32,000 nucleotides of DNA from Candidatus Saccharimonadota bacterium (GCF_902713755.1 NZ_LR744089.1), one strand, 5' to 3'; shown: positions 1 through 9,244, counted from the first letter of the stretch. Made by a program: numbers and translations. The notes: a model not told the origin generated them from the letters alone.

Positions 1-8
1 TTATAAAA

Positions 9-82
9 CGGATCGAACGGGACTTGAACCCGTGACCTTCGGCGTGACAAGCCGATATTCTAACCAACTAAACTACCGATCC
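9..82 (-). tRNA. tRNA-Asp (anticodon GUC)
   Basis: The reverse complement folds as a cloverleaf. Acceptor GGATCGG/TCGATCC, anticodon stem TCGGC/GCCGA with loop TTGTCAC, T-arm ACGGG-TTCAAGT-CCCGT. 74 nt, discriminator G, no encoded CCA. Confidence 0.9.
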
Positions 83-89
83 TTTTTTT

Positions 90-162
90 TGGGTAGTGCA
101 AGATTTGAACTTGCGACCCTCAGTTTGTAATACTGATGCTCTCCCTACTGAGCTAACCACCC
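90..162 (-). tRNA. tRNA-Val (anticodon UAC)
   Basis: Reverse complement is GGGTGGT-TA-GCTC-AGTAGGGA-GAGC-A-TCAGT-ATTACAA-ACTGA-GGGTC-GCAAG-TTCAAAT-CTTGC-ACTACCC-A. 73 nt with a canonical cloverleaf. Separated from tRNA-Asp by a T7 spacer. Confidence 0.9.
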
Positions 163-810
163 CTTTACTTTACATAATGCTAACCGAATAATATAATTTG
201 ATTCTGGAACACGTTCTATATCTAATATTTTTATTTTCTTATTATTTTTTGATCCACTTATTATTCTATTTAAATATAAAACTCCTTTTCCTGTACATAT
301 AACTTTATTATACTTATACATTTTTATATTTATTTTTTTATTTATATTTATTTTTTTTTCTTTACTTAAAGATATAGGTATATTACAATCATCTCCTTTA
401 TTTTTTAATTCAAAAATACCTATATTATATATATTTTTACTAATTTTCATACTACTAATTATATATGAATAATTATAATCAAACCACGCACCTAATGCTA
501 TAGCTTTTAATTTTGATATTTTTAATATCGGTATATTTAAAATATATGCTATTCCTTTACTTATACATTTTATTATTTTTATATTTTTTATATCTCCTAT
601 TGTTTTCCCATAAATTATATATTTTATTTCTGATAAATTAATTTTTTTTTTATTTAAAATATTTTTTAAAAATAAAAAAAATAAAATATTATTTTCATAT
701 TTATTTTTTTTATAAAATCCTATTAGTTTTATAATTTTATTTTTTTTTAATTTATATAAAGATATAGAATAATTTATATAAGAATAATCTATTGATAATA
801 ATATTTTCAT
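145..810 (-). CDS. tsaB: tRNA threonylcarbamoyladenosine biosynthesis protein TsaB (YeaZ-like), divergent
   Basis: 221-aa ORF. The N-terminus MKILLSIDYS resembles the TsaB start MRILAIDT. GKTIGDIKNIKIIKCISKGIAYILNIPILKISKLKAIALGAW aligns with [21 protein letters not shown]..VSTL..A of YeaZ/TsaB, and the length is right. The last 18 nt including the TAG stop lie inside tRNA-Val. Confidence 0.6.
   Translation of the reverse strand: MKILLSIDYSYINYSISLYKLKKNKIIKLIGFYKKNKYENNILFFLFLKNILNKKKINLSEIKYIIYGKTIGDIKNIKIIKCISKGIAYILNIPILKISKLKAIALGAWFDYNYSYIISSMKISKNIYNIGIFELKNKGDDCNIPISLSKEKKININKKINIKMYKYNKVICTGKGVLYLNRIISGSKNNKKIKILDIERVPESNYIIRLALCKVKGWLAQ
214..265 (-). repeat. 52-bp cassette, copy in tsaB (50/52 identical to 21882-21933)
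   Basis: Base-by-base alignment shows mismatches only at 220 and 233. The exact block is 32 nt (ttttcttattattttttgatccacttattatt). It encodes [17 protein letters not shown]. Confidence 0.9.
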
Positions 811-814
811 TTTT

Positions 815-1882
815 TTAATAAATAATTAAATTACGAATATCATCTAATAATTTTATTATAAAATTTAAAAATTTTGCTGCATAAACTCCATTGATAAATC
901 TATGATCATACGATATACAAATTGGTAACATTATTTTAGGTTTAAATTCTTTTCCATTCCAAATGGGTTTAATTTTATTTTTCCCAATACCTAAAATCCC
1001 TAATTCAGGACTATTAATTATTGGAGTAAAACCTTTACCACCTATTATTCCTAAATTTGATATTGTAAAACAACCCCCTATCATATCATCAATTTTATTT
1101 TGGCCTAATAAAGTTCTTTTGGTTAATTCTTTTAATTCTAAAGCAATATCAATTATATTTTTTTTATCAACATGTTTGATTACAGGAACTAATAAACCTT
1201 TTGATGTATTCATAGCAATACTAATATTCGTATATTTTTTTAAAATTATTTTATTTTTTTTTATATCATAAAACATATTAAATTTATAAAATTTTTTTAA
1301 AGCACACGAACATACTTTTATTATAAAAGATAATAATGTTATTTTTATACCTATTTCATATTTTATTTTTTTTCTAAGTTGTTCTACTTTAGTAACATCT
1401 ATTTCATCAAAATGAGTTACATGAGGTATCGTTATCCAACTATTATGTAAATTTTTAGCACTAATACTTAATATATTTTTTTCTTTTTCTTCTATCTCTT
1501 TTTCTTCTATCTCTTTATTAATATACTTCTGTATATCTTCTTTTAAAATACAATTTTTCTTCCCACTTCCAATTATTTTATTTTTTTCTAAATCAATACC
1601 TATTTTTCTTGCCATTAATTTAACAGCTGGACCTGCTTTAACATTTAAACTAAGTTCTTCTATTTCAATTATTGACTTACCTGAATATATTTTATCACCT
1701 TCTTTTATTAAAATATTTTTTATTTTTCCTGATTTAGGTGAAGGTAAATCTATAGTAGCTTTTTCTGATTCTAAAACTACTATAGTTTCATCTTTTTTTA
1801 TACAATCACCTACTTTTACTGGTATTTCTATTACTTCAACTTTTTTATTTATATCACCTATTTCAGGTAGTTTGATGATCAA
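815..1882 (-). CDS. aceF: pyruvate dehydrogenase E2 (dihydrolipoamide acetyltransferase), single lipoyl domain
   Basis: Three recognisable domains: a lipoyl domain (VVLESEKATIDLPSP), a peripheral-subunit-binding domain (AGPAVKLMARKIGIDL) and a catalytic domain ending in DHRFINGVYAAKF. Lies directly downstream of aceE. TTG start at 1882 is preceded by AAGGA. Confidence 0.85.
   Translation of the reverse strand: MIIKLPEIGDINKKVEVIEIPVKVGDCIKKDETIVVLESEKATIDLPSPKSGKIKNILIKEGDKIYSGKSIIEIEELSLNVKAGPAVKLMARKIGIDLEKNKIIGSGKKNCILKEDIQKYINKEIEEKEIEEKEKNILSISAKNLHNSWITIPHVTHFDEIDVTKVEQLRKKIKYEIGIKITLLSFIIKVCSCALKKFYKFNMFYDIKKNKIILKKYTNISIAMNTSKGLLVPVIKHVDKKNIIDIALELKELTKRTLLGQNKIDDMIGGCFTISNLGIIGGKGFTPIINSPELGILGIGKNKIKPIWNGKEFKPKIMLPICISYDHRFINGVYAAKFLNFIIKLLDDIRNLIIY
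1487..1516 (-). repeat. 15-bp x2 perfect tandem duplication in the aceF linker
   Basis: ttcttctatctcttt occurs twice back to back and encodes the duplicated KEIEE-KEIEE. Confidence 0.85.
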
Positions 1883-1893
1883 ATTTTTTCCTT

Positions 1894-4533
1894 TTATAAC
1901 ATTAATGGATTTATTTTTTTAGTATTTATATCAAATTTTTTTAAAGCATTTTTTACAATTGACCTATCTATTATTCCTTTGTTATTTAGTGATTTTAAAG
2001 AAATTATTGTTATAAAATAACGATCTACTTCAAAAAAATAACGTAATCTTTTACGAGTATCTGATCTTCCGTAACCATCTGTACCCAATACATAAAAATC
2101 ATTAGGAACCCACGCACGAATTTGATCTGCATATAATTTTATATAATCTGTGCTTGCTATTATTGGACTTTTATATTTTTCTAAACATTTTGTTATCCAT
2201 GGTTTTAATGTGTTTTCACCCATTAAATTTTTTTTTCTATCAATTTCTAATGCTTCTCTTCTTAACTCATTAAAACTAGTTACACTCCAAATATTAGACG
2301 AAATATTAAATTCATTTCTTAAAATTTCAGATGCATATTCTACTTCACGTAAAATAGTACCCGACCCTAATAATTGTACTTGTAATTTTATATTGTTTGT
2401 TTTGGTTTCACGTAATAAATACATTCCACGTATTATTCCTTCTTCACAGTTTTTTGGCTTTTTTGGATGTAAATATTTTTCATTCATTAAACTTATATAA
2501 TAATAACACTTTTCTTTATTTACATACATTTTTTTTAAACCATTTTGTACTATCACTGCTAACTCGTAAGAATATGTTGGATCATAAGAACGACAACTTG
2601 GTATTATTGATGCTAATAACTGACCTTGACCATCTTGATGTTGTAAACCTTCTCCGTTTAATGTAGTCCTCCCTGATGTGCCTCCTAATAAAAACCCTCT
2701 TGATTGTAAATCACCAGCTGCCCATGCTAAATCCCCTATTCTTTGAAAACCAAACATTGAATAATAAATATAAAACGGTATTAAAGTATAACTATGATTT
2801 GCATAAGATGTCGCAGCGGCTATCCAACACGACATAGATCCTACTTCATTAATACCCTCTTCAATAATTTGACCTTTTTTATCTTCTTTATAATAAATTA
2901 ATTTTTCAGCATCCATTGGAATATATTTTTGTCCTTCTATTGAATAAATTCCTACTTTACTAAACATGGTTTCCATTCCAAAAGTTCTAGCTTCATCTGG
3001 TAAAATAGGTACTATTCTTTTCCCTATATTTTTATTTTGCATTAAACTATTTATTATACGTACACAAATCATTGTAGTAGAAATTTTTCTATTTCCTATC
3101 TTGTTTATGATCTTATCAAATATTTTCTTTTCTAAAGAATGAATTTTTAATTCAAAAGTTTTTACATTGCGTTTCGGTAAATATCCATTAAGTTTTTTTC
3201 TACATTTATGTATATATTTTATTTCAGGTGAATCTTCATCTGGTTTATAAAATGGAATATTATTTTCTTTTATCTTTTCATTTTTTATAGGTATTTCAAA
3301 CCTATCTCTAAACATTTTTAGAGCTTTATAATCTATATTCTTTACATTATGAGATTCCATACTTGATTCGAATTTATATATCCCATATCCTTTTATTGTA
3401 TGTGCTAAAATTACTGTAGGTTTTCTAAACGAATTATTCACAGCTTCATAATACGCCGCATATACTTTTTGAGGATCGTGTCCCCCTCTAGTAAGATTTG
3501 AAATTTCTTTATATGATAACTTTTTCACCAAATTTGCTGTGTCTTTATATTTTCCAAATAACTGTTCTTTTGTATATTTCCCCCCTAACGCTTGATATCT
3601 TTGATATTCACCATCAATTGTTTCATTTATACATTTTTGTAAACTTCCTTTCTTATCTTTTTCCAATAACATATCCCATACACCACCCCACACTACTTTT
3701 ATTACATTCCAATTTGCTCCTTTAAAGATTTGTTCTAACTCATCAATTATTCTACCATTACCACGTACAGGACCATCTAATCTTTGTAAATTACAATTTA
3801 TTACAAATATCAAATTATCTAATCTTTCTCGGCTTGCAACATTTATTGCTCCTATTGTTTCTACCTCATCACATTCCCCATCTCCTACAAAGGCCCATAC
3901 TTTTCTATCTTTCATATTTTTTATCCCACGATAATCCATATATTTCATTAATCTCGCTTGATATATAGCTTGTAATGGACCTAATCCCATTGATACCGTG
4001 GGAAATTGCCAATAAGTAGGCATTAAATATGGATGGGGATATGCTGATATCCCTTGTCCTTTTATTTCTTTTCTAAAATTATCTAACTGCTTTTCTGTTA
4101 AACGGCTTTCTAAATAAGAGCGTGCATATATTCCTGGCGCTATATGTCCTTGAAAATATATTAAATCTCCTTCAAAATTATTATTTTTTCCTCTAAAAAA
4201 ATGATTAAATCCTACTTCGTATAAAGTACAACTTGACATATAACTTGATATATGTCCACCTAAATTATTTTTTTTATTCGCTCTCATTATTAATGCTATA
4301 GTATTCCACCTAACAGCAGAACGTATTTTTCTTTCCAAATATTTATTCCCTGGATTTTTTTTTTCACAATTTTTTGGTATAGTATTTTTATAATCATTAT
4401 AATCTTTATGTAATATATTATTTTTAATTATATATTTGTTCTTTATATACTTTTTTAATAAACTTTTTACACTAAACATACACTCTCGATCCATGCCCTC
4501 TATCTTTTCTCCCTTTTTTTCTATTTTTATCAT
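1894..4533 (-). CDS. aceE: pyruvate dehydrogenase E1 component, homodimeric type
   Basis: 879 aa, colinear with AceE. Matching segments: NTIP..NPGN..ERKIRSAVRWN, LGGHISSY, FVGDGECDE (ThDP-binding GDG) and LGTDGYGRSDTR near the C-terminus. Confidence 0.95.
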   Translation of the reverse strand: MIKIEKKGEKIEGMDRECMFSVKSLLKKYIKNKYIIKNNILHKDYNDYKNTIPKNCEKKNPGNKYLERKIRSAVRWNTIALIMRANKKNNLGGHISSYMSSCTLYEVGFNHFFRGKNNNFEGDLIYFQGHIAPGIYARSYLESRLTEKQLDNFRKEIKGQGISAYPHPYLMPTYWQFPTVSMGLGPLQAIYQARLMKYMDYRGIKNMKDRKVWAFVGDGECDEVETIGAINVASRERLDNLIFVINCNLQRLDGPVRGNGRIIDELEQIFKGANWNVIKVVWGGVWDMLLEKDKKGSLQKCINETIDGEYQRYQALGGKYTKEQLFGKYKDTANLVKKLSYKEISNLTRGGHDPQKVYAAYYEAVNNSFRKPTVILAHTIKGYGIYKFESSMESHNVKNIDYKALKMFRDRFEIPIKNEKIKENNIPFYKPDEDSPEIKYIHKCRKKLNGYLPKRNVKTFELKIHSLEKKIFDKIINKIGNRKISTTMICVRIINSLMQNKNIGKRIVPILPDEARTFGMETMFSKVGIYSIEGQKYIPMDAEKLIYYKEDKKGQIIEEGINEVGSMSCWIAAATSYANHSYTLIPFYIYYSMFGFQRIGDLAWAAGDLQSRGFLLGGTSGRTTLNGEGLQHQDGQGQLLASIIPSCRSYDPTYSYELAVIVQNGLKKMYVNKEKCYYYISLMNEKYLHPKKPKNCEEGIIRGMYLLRETKTNNIKLQVQLLGSGTILREVEYASEILRNEFNISSNIWSVTSFNELRREALEIDRKKNLMGENTLKPWITKCLEKYKSPIIASTDYIKLYADQIRAWVPNDFYVLGTDGYGRSDTRKRLRYFFEVDRYFITIISLKSLNNKGIIDRSIVKNALKKFDINTKKINPLML

Positions 4534-4534
4534 C

Positions 4535-5413
4535 CTATTTTATTACTTCTAATACTTTTAATGTTTTTAATAACGTATTATGATATTTTTTTGATAACCA
4601 TGTTAAAGGTAATCTTATACCTTTTTTTACTAACCCCATTTTGTTTAATGCCCATTTTACCGGTATAGGATTTGATTCAATACTTAATGCATAATGTAAA
4701 GGCCTTAATTTTTTATTTAGTTTATATGCTAATTCTATCTTACCTTTTATTGATGCTATACATAAATCATGCATTTTTTTAGGTACTATATTTGATGAAA
4801 CAGAAATAACTCCATGACCACCTGCTAATATAAATTCACAAGCTGTACTATCATCACCTGACAATAAATAAAACTCTTTATATTTTAAGTTTTCAATTAA
4901 TTCTAAAGCTCTTGATAAATTTCCTGACGATTCTTTTATTCCTACTATATTTTCAATCTTTGATAATTTTAAAATTGTTTCATTATTTATATCTACACCT
5001 GTTCGTTTAGGAACATTATATATAATTATTGGTAAGCCTACAGTAGATACTTCTTTAAAATGTTTATACATCCCTTCTTGCGTAGGTTTATTATAATATG
5101 GCGTGACTGATAACCCATACTCAGCACCTGCCTCTTTTGCCAATTTTGTTAACTTTACAGCATCAATTGTTGAATTGGACCCTATCCCTGCTATTACAGG
5201 TATTTTTTTATTAACTTCCTTAACAATTGTGCGTATTACTTTACAATGTTCCTCTAATGTCATTGTAGTATTTTCACCTGTGGTTCCAGCAGCTAATATT
5301 GCATCGGTTTTATTTTCTAAATGAAATTTTACTAAGTTTATTAATGATTCCCAATCTATTACACCATTTTTTTTCATGGGTGTAGCAATTGCAACTATAC
5401 TGCCCCTAATCAT
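4535..5413 (-). CDS. dapA: 4-hydroxy-tetrahydrodipicolinate synthase
   Basis: 292 aa. [29 protein letters not shown] and VGIKESSG (Schiff-base Lys region) are typical of DapA. Its ATG overlaps the dnaX TGA as ATGA. Confidence 0.95.
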   Translation of the reverse strand: MIRGSIVAIATPMKKNGVIDWESLINLVKFHLENKTDAILAAGTTGENTTMTLEEHCKVIRTIVKEVNKKIPVIAGIGSNSTIDAVKLTKLAKEAGAEYGLSVTPYYNKPTQEGMYKHFKEVSTVGLPIIIYNVPKRTGVDINNETILKLSKIENIVGIKESSGNLSRALELIENLKYKEFYLLSGDDSTACEFILAGGHGVISVSSNIVPKKMHDLCIASIKGKIELAYKLNKKLRPLHYALSIESNPIPVKWALNKMGLVKKGIRLPLTWLSKKYHNTLLKTLKVLEVIK

Positions 5414-6507
5414 ATCTTAACCTCTTTTTTTAAACATATTATTTTTAATAAAATCATTTCTAACCCAGATTTAAGATCTGGTATTTCTAACATATTTTTA
5501 CGTCCTTTTAATATTATTTTATAATATATATTTATTTCGTCTATAGTAAACTTATTAGAAAAATAAATTAATTCTTTATCTATCTCTTCTTTTATTAATT
5601 TAAAATACTTTGGTATTATTTTTGATAAAGCTATTTTATGAAATAAAATAATTAATTCATCACATATATATATAACATCTACTCCTACCGCATATAATTT
5701 TATTATTACTTTTAACACTTTATCTATATCACTTTGTATTAAAGCTTTTACTATTAAATATATATAATTTTTATTTGTTAATCCTATTAATTTTATTATA
5801 TTTTTTTCTTTTATTTTTTTTCCACAATAAATAATAGCTTGTTCTAATAACGATAAAGCATCTCTCATAGACCCTTTTGAAACTTTACATATTAATTTTA
5901 ATGCACTATTTTCTATTAATATTTTTTCTACAACTAATATTTTTTTTAAATATTTAATCATTAATTTACTATGTATTATTTTTAAATTAAATTGTAAACA
6001 TCTTGATACGATTGTAATTGGTATTTTTTTTAAATTAGTAGTTGCTAATAAAAATTTTATATATTCTGGAGGTTCTTCTAAAGTTTTTAATAAAGCATTA
6101 AAACTATATAAAGAAAGCATGTGTACTTCATCTATTAAATATATTTTATAACGACCTAATACAGGAGGATATTTTATATCTTCTAATATTTTTTTTGTTT
6201 CTTCAACTTTTGTTCGTGAAGCAGCATCTACTTCTATTAAATCACTAAATTTTCCTATATTTATTAATTGACAATTATTACATTTTTCACATGTATTTAT
6301 TAATATCCCTTTTTCACAATTTAAACATTTTGCAAATATTCTTGCTATTGTTGTTTTGCCAACACCCCTAGTGCCTGTAAATAAATAAGCATGATGTAAT
6401 CTATAATTTTTTATAGAATTTTTTAAAGATTTTATTACATGTTTTTGCCCTATTAACTCTTCGAATTTTTTTGGTCTTAATTTTAGAGCTAAAACTTTAT
6501 GGCTCAT
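5410..6507 (-). CDS. dnaX: DNA polymerase III gamma/tau subunit, short form (domains I-III only)
   Basis: [12 protein letters not shown], Walker [10 protein letters not shown], zinc module CLNCEKG..CEKCNNC, DEVHMLS and SRC sensor. Only 365 aa, ending in TGA. Confidence 0.9.
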   Translation of the reverse strand: MSHKVLALKLRPKKFEELIGQKHVIKSLKNSIKNYRLHHAYLFTGTRGVGKTTIARIFAKCLNCEKGILINTCEKCNNCQLINIGKFSDLIEVDAASRTKVEETKKILEDIKYPPVLGRYKIYLIDEVHMLSLYSFNALLKTLEEPPEYIKFLLATTNLKKIPITIVSRCLQFNLKIIHSKLMIKYLKKILVVEKILIENSALKLICKVSKGSMRDALSLLEQAIIYCGKKIKEKNIIKLIGLTNKNYIYLIVKALIQSDIDKVLKVIIKLYAVGVDVIYICDELIILFHKIALSKIIPKYFKLIKEEIDKELIYFSNKFTIDEINIYYKIILKGRKNMLEIPDLKSGLEMILLKIICLKKEVKI

Positions 6508-7426
6508 TTTCTACATGTCCTCCAAACTGTTTACGCATTGCTGATAGCAATTTATCACCATATCTATTGTTCTTCCTCGACTTAAATCTAACATATAAAG
6601 ATGTTGTTAATACTTCTAATGGTATTGATTCTTCTAAAGCTGTTTTTACTATCCATCTCACTTCACCTGAATCATTCACTTTTCCACTAAATTCTTTAAG
6701 ATTAACATCTTTTGCTAATGATATAGAAATTAAATCTAATAACCATGACTCTATTACACTTCCTCTACGCCATATTTCAGAAATATCATATAAATTTAAT
6801 TTATAACGGTGTTTATATAATACATGTTTTTTATTTATATTTTTCATTATATCAAACCCTTCTGCATAAGATTGCATCATTCCATATTCTATACCATTAT
6901 GTATCATTTTAACAAAATGTCCTGAACCTACTTTTCCACAATACATATAACCTTTATTTTTTTCTGAAGATAATATACAAAATATATTCTTTTTTTTTTC
7001 AAAAATTTTTTTATTCCCTCCTATCATCATACAATATCCTCTTTTTAAACCCCATATTCCCCCTGAAACCCCTACATCTATATAATTTATTCCTTTTATA
7101 ACTAATTTTTCAGATCTTTTGATATCTTTTTTAAAATATCCATTACTACCATCTAGTATAGTATCTCCTTTTTCCATATATTTTATTATTTTTAAAATGA
7201 TTTTTTCCGTTGTTTCTCCAGCCGGTAACATTAACCAAATTGTTCTAGGATTCGATAAACTTAAAACTAAGCCTTTTAATGATTTTACTCCTCTTCCTCC
7301 TTGTTCTTCTATGTTTGTTATAGAAGTTCTATTTTTATCAAAAACATAACAAGTATATTTATTTTTTAATAATCTTATAGAAATATTGCCTCCCATTTTT
7401 CCTAAACCAATAATACCTATTATCAT
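6497..7426 (-). CDS. gnd: 6-phosphogluconate dehydrogenase (decarboxylating), short ~300-aa form
   Basis: Rossmann N-terminus MIIGIIGLGKMGGNI, DGSNGYFKKDIKR, DVGVSGGIWG..GYCMMIGG, HFVKMIHNGIEYG and WRRGSVIESWLL. This is the pattern of the short Gnd/YqeC family. Confidence 0.8.
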   Translation of the reverse strand: MIIGIIGLGKMGGNISIRLLKNKYTCYVFDKNRTSITNIEEQGGRGVKSLKGLVLSLSNPRTIWLMLPAGETTEKIILKIIKYMEKGDTILDGSNGYFKKDIKRSEKLVIKGINYIDVGVSGGIWGLKRGYCMMIGGNKKIFEKKKNIFCILSSEKNKGYMYCGKVGSGHFVKMIHNGIEYGMMQSYAEGFDIMKNINKKHVLYKHRYKLNLYDISEIWRRGSVIESWLLDLISISLAKDVNLKEFSGKVNDSGEVRWIVKTALEESIPLEVLTTSLYVRFKSRKNNRYGDKLLSAMRKQFGGHVENEP

Positions 7427-7453
7427 TTTATTCTCCTAATACTAATGTTGGTA

Positions 7454-7537
7454 CGGAGAGGAAGGGATTCGAACCCTTGAAGTCAATAACTTACACACTT
7501 TCCAAATGTGCTCCTTAGTCCACTCGGACACCTCTCC
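7454..7537 (-). tRNA. tRNA-Ser (anticodon GGA)
   Basis: Reverse complement starts GGAGAGG-TG-TCCGAGTGGACTAAGGAG. Anticodon stem CACAT/GTGTG with loop TTGGAAA. Long variable arm, T-arm AAGGG-TTCGAAT-CCCTT, acceptor CCTCTCC plus G. Confidence 0.88.
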
Positions 7538-7547
7538 AATATTATTA

Positions 7548-8315
7548 TCAACTATGTATACCTTTTCTTAATAATTTTAATGATATGATATATAATAAAA
7601 AAATAAACATAATAATTGAAACTAATGATTTTCCTATAACGATATCTGATATCCCTAAAATACCATATCTAAAAGTATTCACCATATAAAATATTGGATT
7701 TATTAATGATATTTTTTTCCAAAAGTCTGTTAATAAATTTATATTATAAAAAACACCCCCAAGATAAGTTAAAGGCGTTAAAACAAAAATCGGTATTATT
7801 GATATATCATCAAATTTATTCGCTAATAATGCATTCATAAAACCTGATAATGAAAATAATATAGATGTTAAAATTACTATTACTATAGTTAGTATTGGAT
7901 GCGCAATTTTTATTTTTGTAAATAATAATGACACTAATGTAACTATCAACCCTACTAATAAACCTCTCAAAACCCCCCCTATAATAAACCCATCTAATAT
8001 CACCCAACTATGCATAGGAGATATTATTAACTCTTCTATAGATCGTTGAAATTTATTACCAAACAATGAAGACGCTACATTTGAATAACTATTTGTTATT
8101 ACTGCCATCATTATTAATCCTGGAAATATATAATTTATATAAATCACACCACCCATATTACCTAATTTACAACCTATTAATTTTCCAAAAATTATAAAAT
8201 ACATGGTAGTCGTAACTGCTGATGGTAATAACGTTTGTGGCCAAATCCTTACAAATCTACGAACTTCTCTTTTTATTAATGTACTAAGCGCTATAATTAT
8301 TCTTTGTTTTTTCAA
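7548..8315 (-). CDS. yadH: ABC-2 type transporter permease (YadH family)
   Basis: 255 aa, strongly colinear with E. coli YadH as I recall it. Matches: REVRRFVRIWPQTLLPSAVTTTMYFIIFGKLIG, PGLIMMAVITNSYSNVASS, KFQRSIEELIISP and LTPLTYLGGVFY. TTG start at 8315. Confidence 0.85.
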   Translation of the reverse strand: MKKQRIIIALSTLIKREVRRFVRIWPQTLLPSAVTTTMYFIIFGKLIGCKLGNMGGVIYINYIFPGLIMMAVITNSYSNVASSLFGNKFQRSIEELIISPMHSWVILDGFIIGGVLRGLLVGLIVTLVSLLFTKIKIAHPILTIVIVILTSILFSLSGFMNALLANKFDDISIIPIFVLTPLTYLGGVFYNINLLTDFWKKISLINPIFYMVNTFRYGILGISDIVIGKSLVSIIMFIFLLYIISLKLLRKGIHS

Positions 8316-8317
8316 TT

Positions 8318-9244
8318 TTATACTCTATTTTTTTCAATTAAATTTAAAAACATTTCTTCTAATCTATTAGACTTATTTCGCATAGATACAATCTCTATTT
8401 TATTTTTATCAAATATCTTAAAAATATCATTTAATTTTGTTCCTTTTTTTATTGATACTAATATTTTATAAGAATCTTTTTTTTTTATTTTTACTCCTTT
8501 TATTAATGGTAATTTTTTTAAATGATTTTTTGTTTCTAATAAAAATGTATTCACATCTACTTGTCTTAATAACGATTGCATACTAGTATTTTTTATAATT
8601 ATACCTTTATTTATAATTGCTACATTTCTACATAAGCTTTCAGCTTCTTCTAAATAGTGTGTTGTTAAAATAATAGTTTTTTTTTCATTTTTATTTATAT
8701 TATACATATATTTCCATATATTTTTTCTTACTTCAATATCTAATCCTGCCGTTGGTTCATCTAAAATCAACATTTTAGGATTATGTACTAAAGAACGCGC
8801 AATCATTAATCTTCTTTTCATTCCACCTGATAACTTTCTTACTATCATTTCTCTTTGTTTAAATAAACTTAAATCTTTTAATAATTTATAGATACGCACT
8901 TTAGAACACTTCTTCGATAGTCCATAATATCCTGCTTGTGTAAAAAGAATATTTTCAACTTTTTCAAATTGATTAAAATTATATTCTTGAGATACATATC
9001 CTAAATAATATTTAGCTTTTGAAAAATTTTTATCTATATCTATATCAAAAATTTTTATTTTTCCAAAAGTCTTTTTTATTAAAGAACTTATTATTCCTAT
9101 TGTTGTTGATTTTCCTGCTCCATTGGGTCCCAATAATGCAAAAAAATCTCCATTTATAACATTTAAATTTATATCTTTTACCGCATAAATATTGTTGTTA
9201 TAAATTTTAGTTAAGTTTTTTATACTTAATGCTATTTTATTCAT
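8318..9244 (-). CDS. yadG: ABC transporter ATP-binding protein (YadG family)
   Basis: Walker A GPNGAGKSTTIGIISSL, signature LSGGMKRRLMIARSL, Walker B ILDEPTAGLD, then TTHYLEEAESLCRNVAIINKG. Start placed at ATG 9244 (MNKIALSIKNL) because the longer ORF to 9292 runs into tRNA-Gly. Confidence 0.9.
   Translation of the reverse strand: MNKIALSIKNLTKIYNNNIYAVKDINLNVINGDFFALLGPNGAGKSTTIGIISSLIKKTFGKIKIFDIDIDKNFSKAKYYLGYVSQEYNFNQFEKVENILFTQAGYYGLSKKCSKVRIYKLLKDLSLFKQREMIVRKLSGGMKRRLMIARSLVHNPKMLILDEPTAGLDIEVRKNIWKYMYNINKNEKKTIILTTHYLEEAESLCRNVAIINKGIIIKNTSMQSLLRQVDVNTFLLETKNHLKKLPLIKGVKIKKKDSYKILVSIKKGTKLNDIFKIFDKNKIEIVSMRNKSNRLEEMFLNLIEKNRV

Noticed and set aside
7058-7068. The 11-mer ccccctgaaac shared by the gnd-like gene (about 7058-7068) and ilvD (about 21988-21998).
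   Set aside because: It encodes V-S-G-G in both proteins. It is short enough to arise by chance given the shared codon preference.
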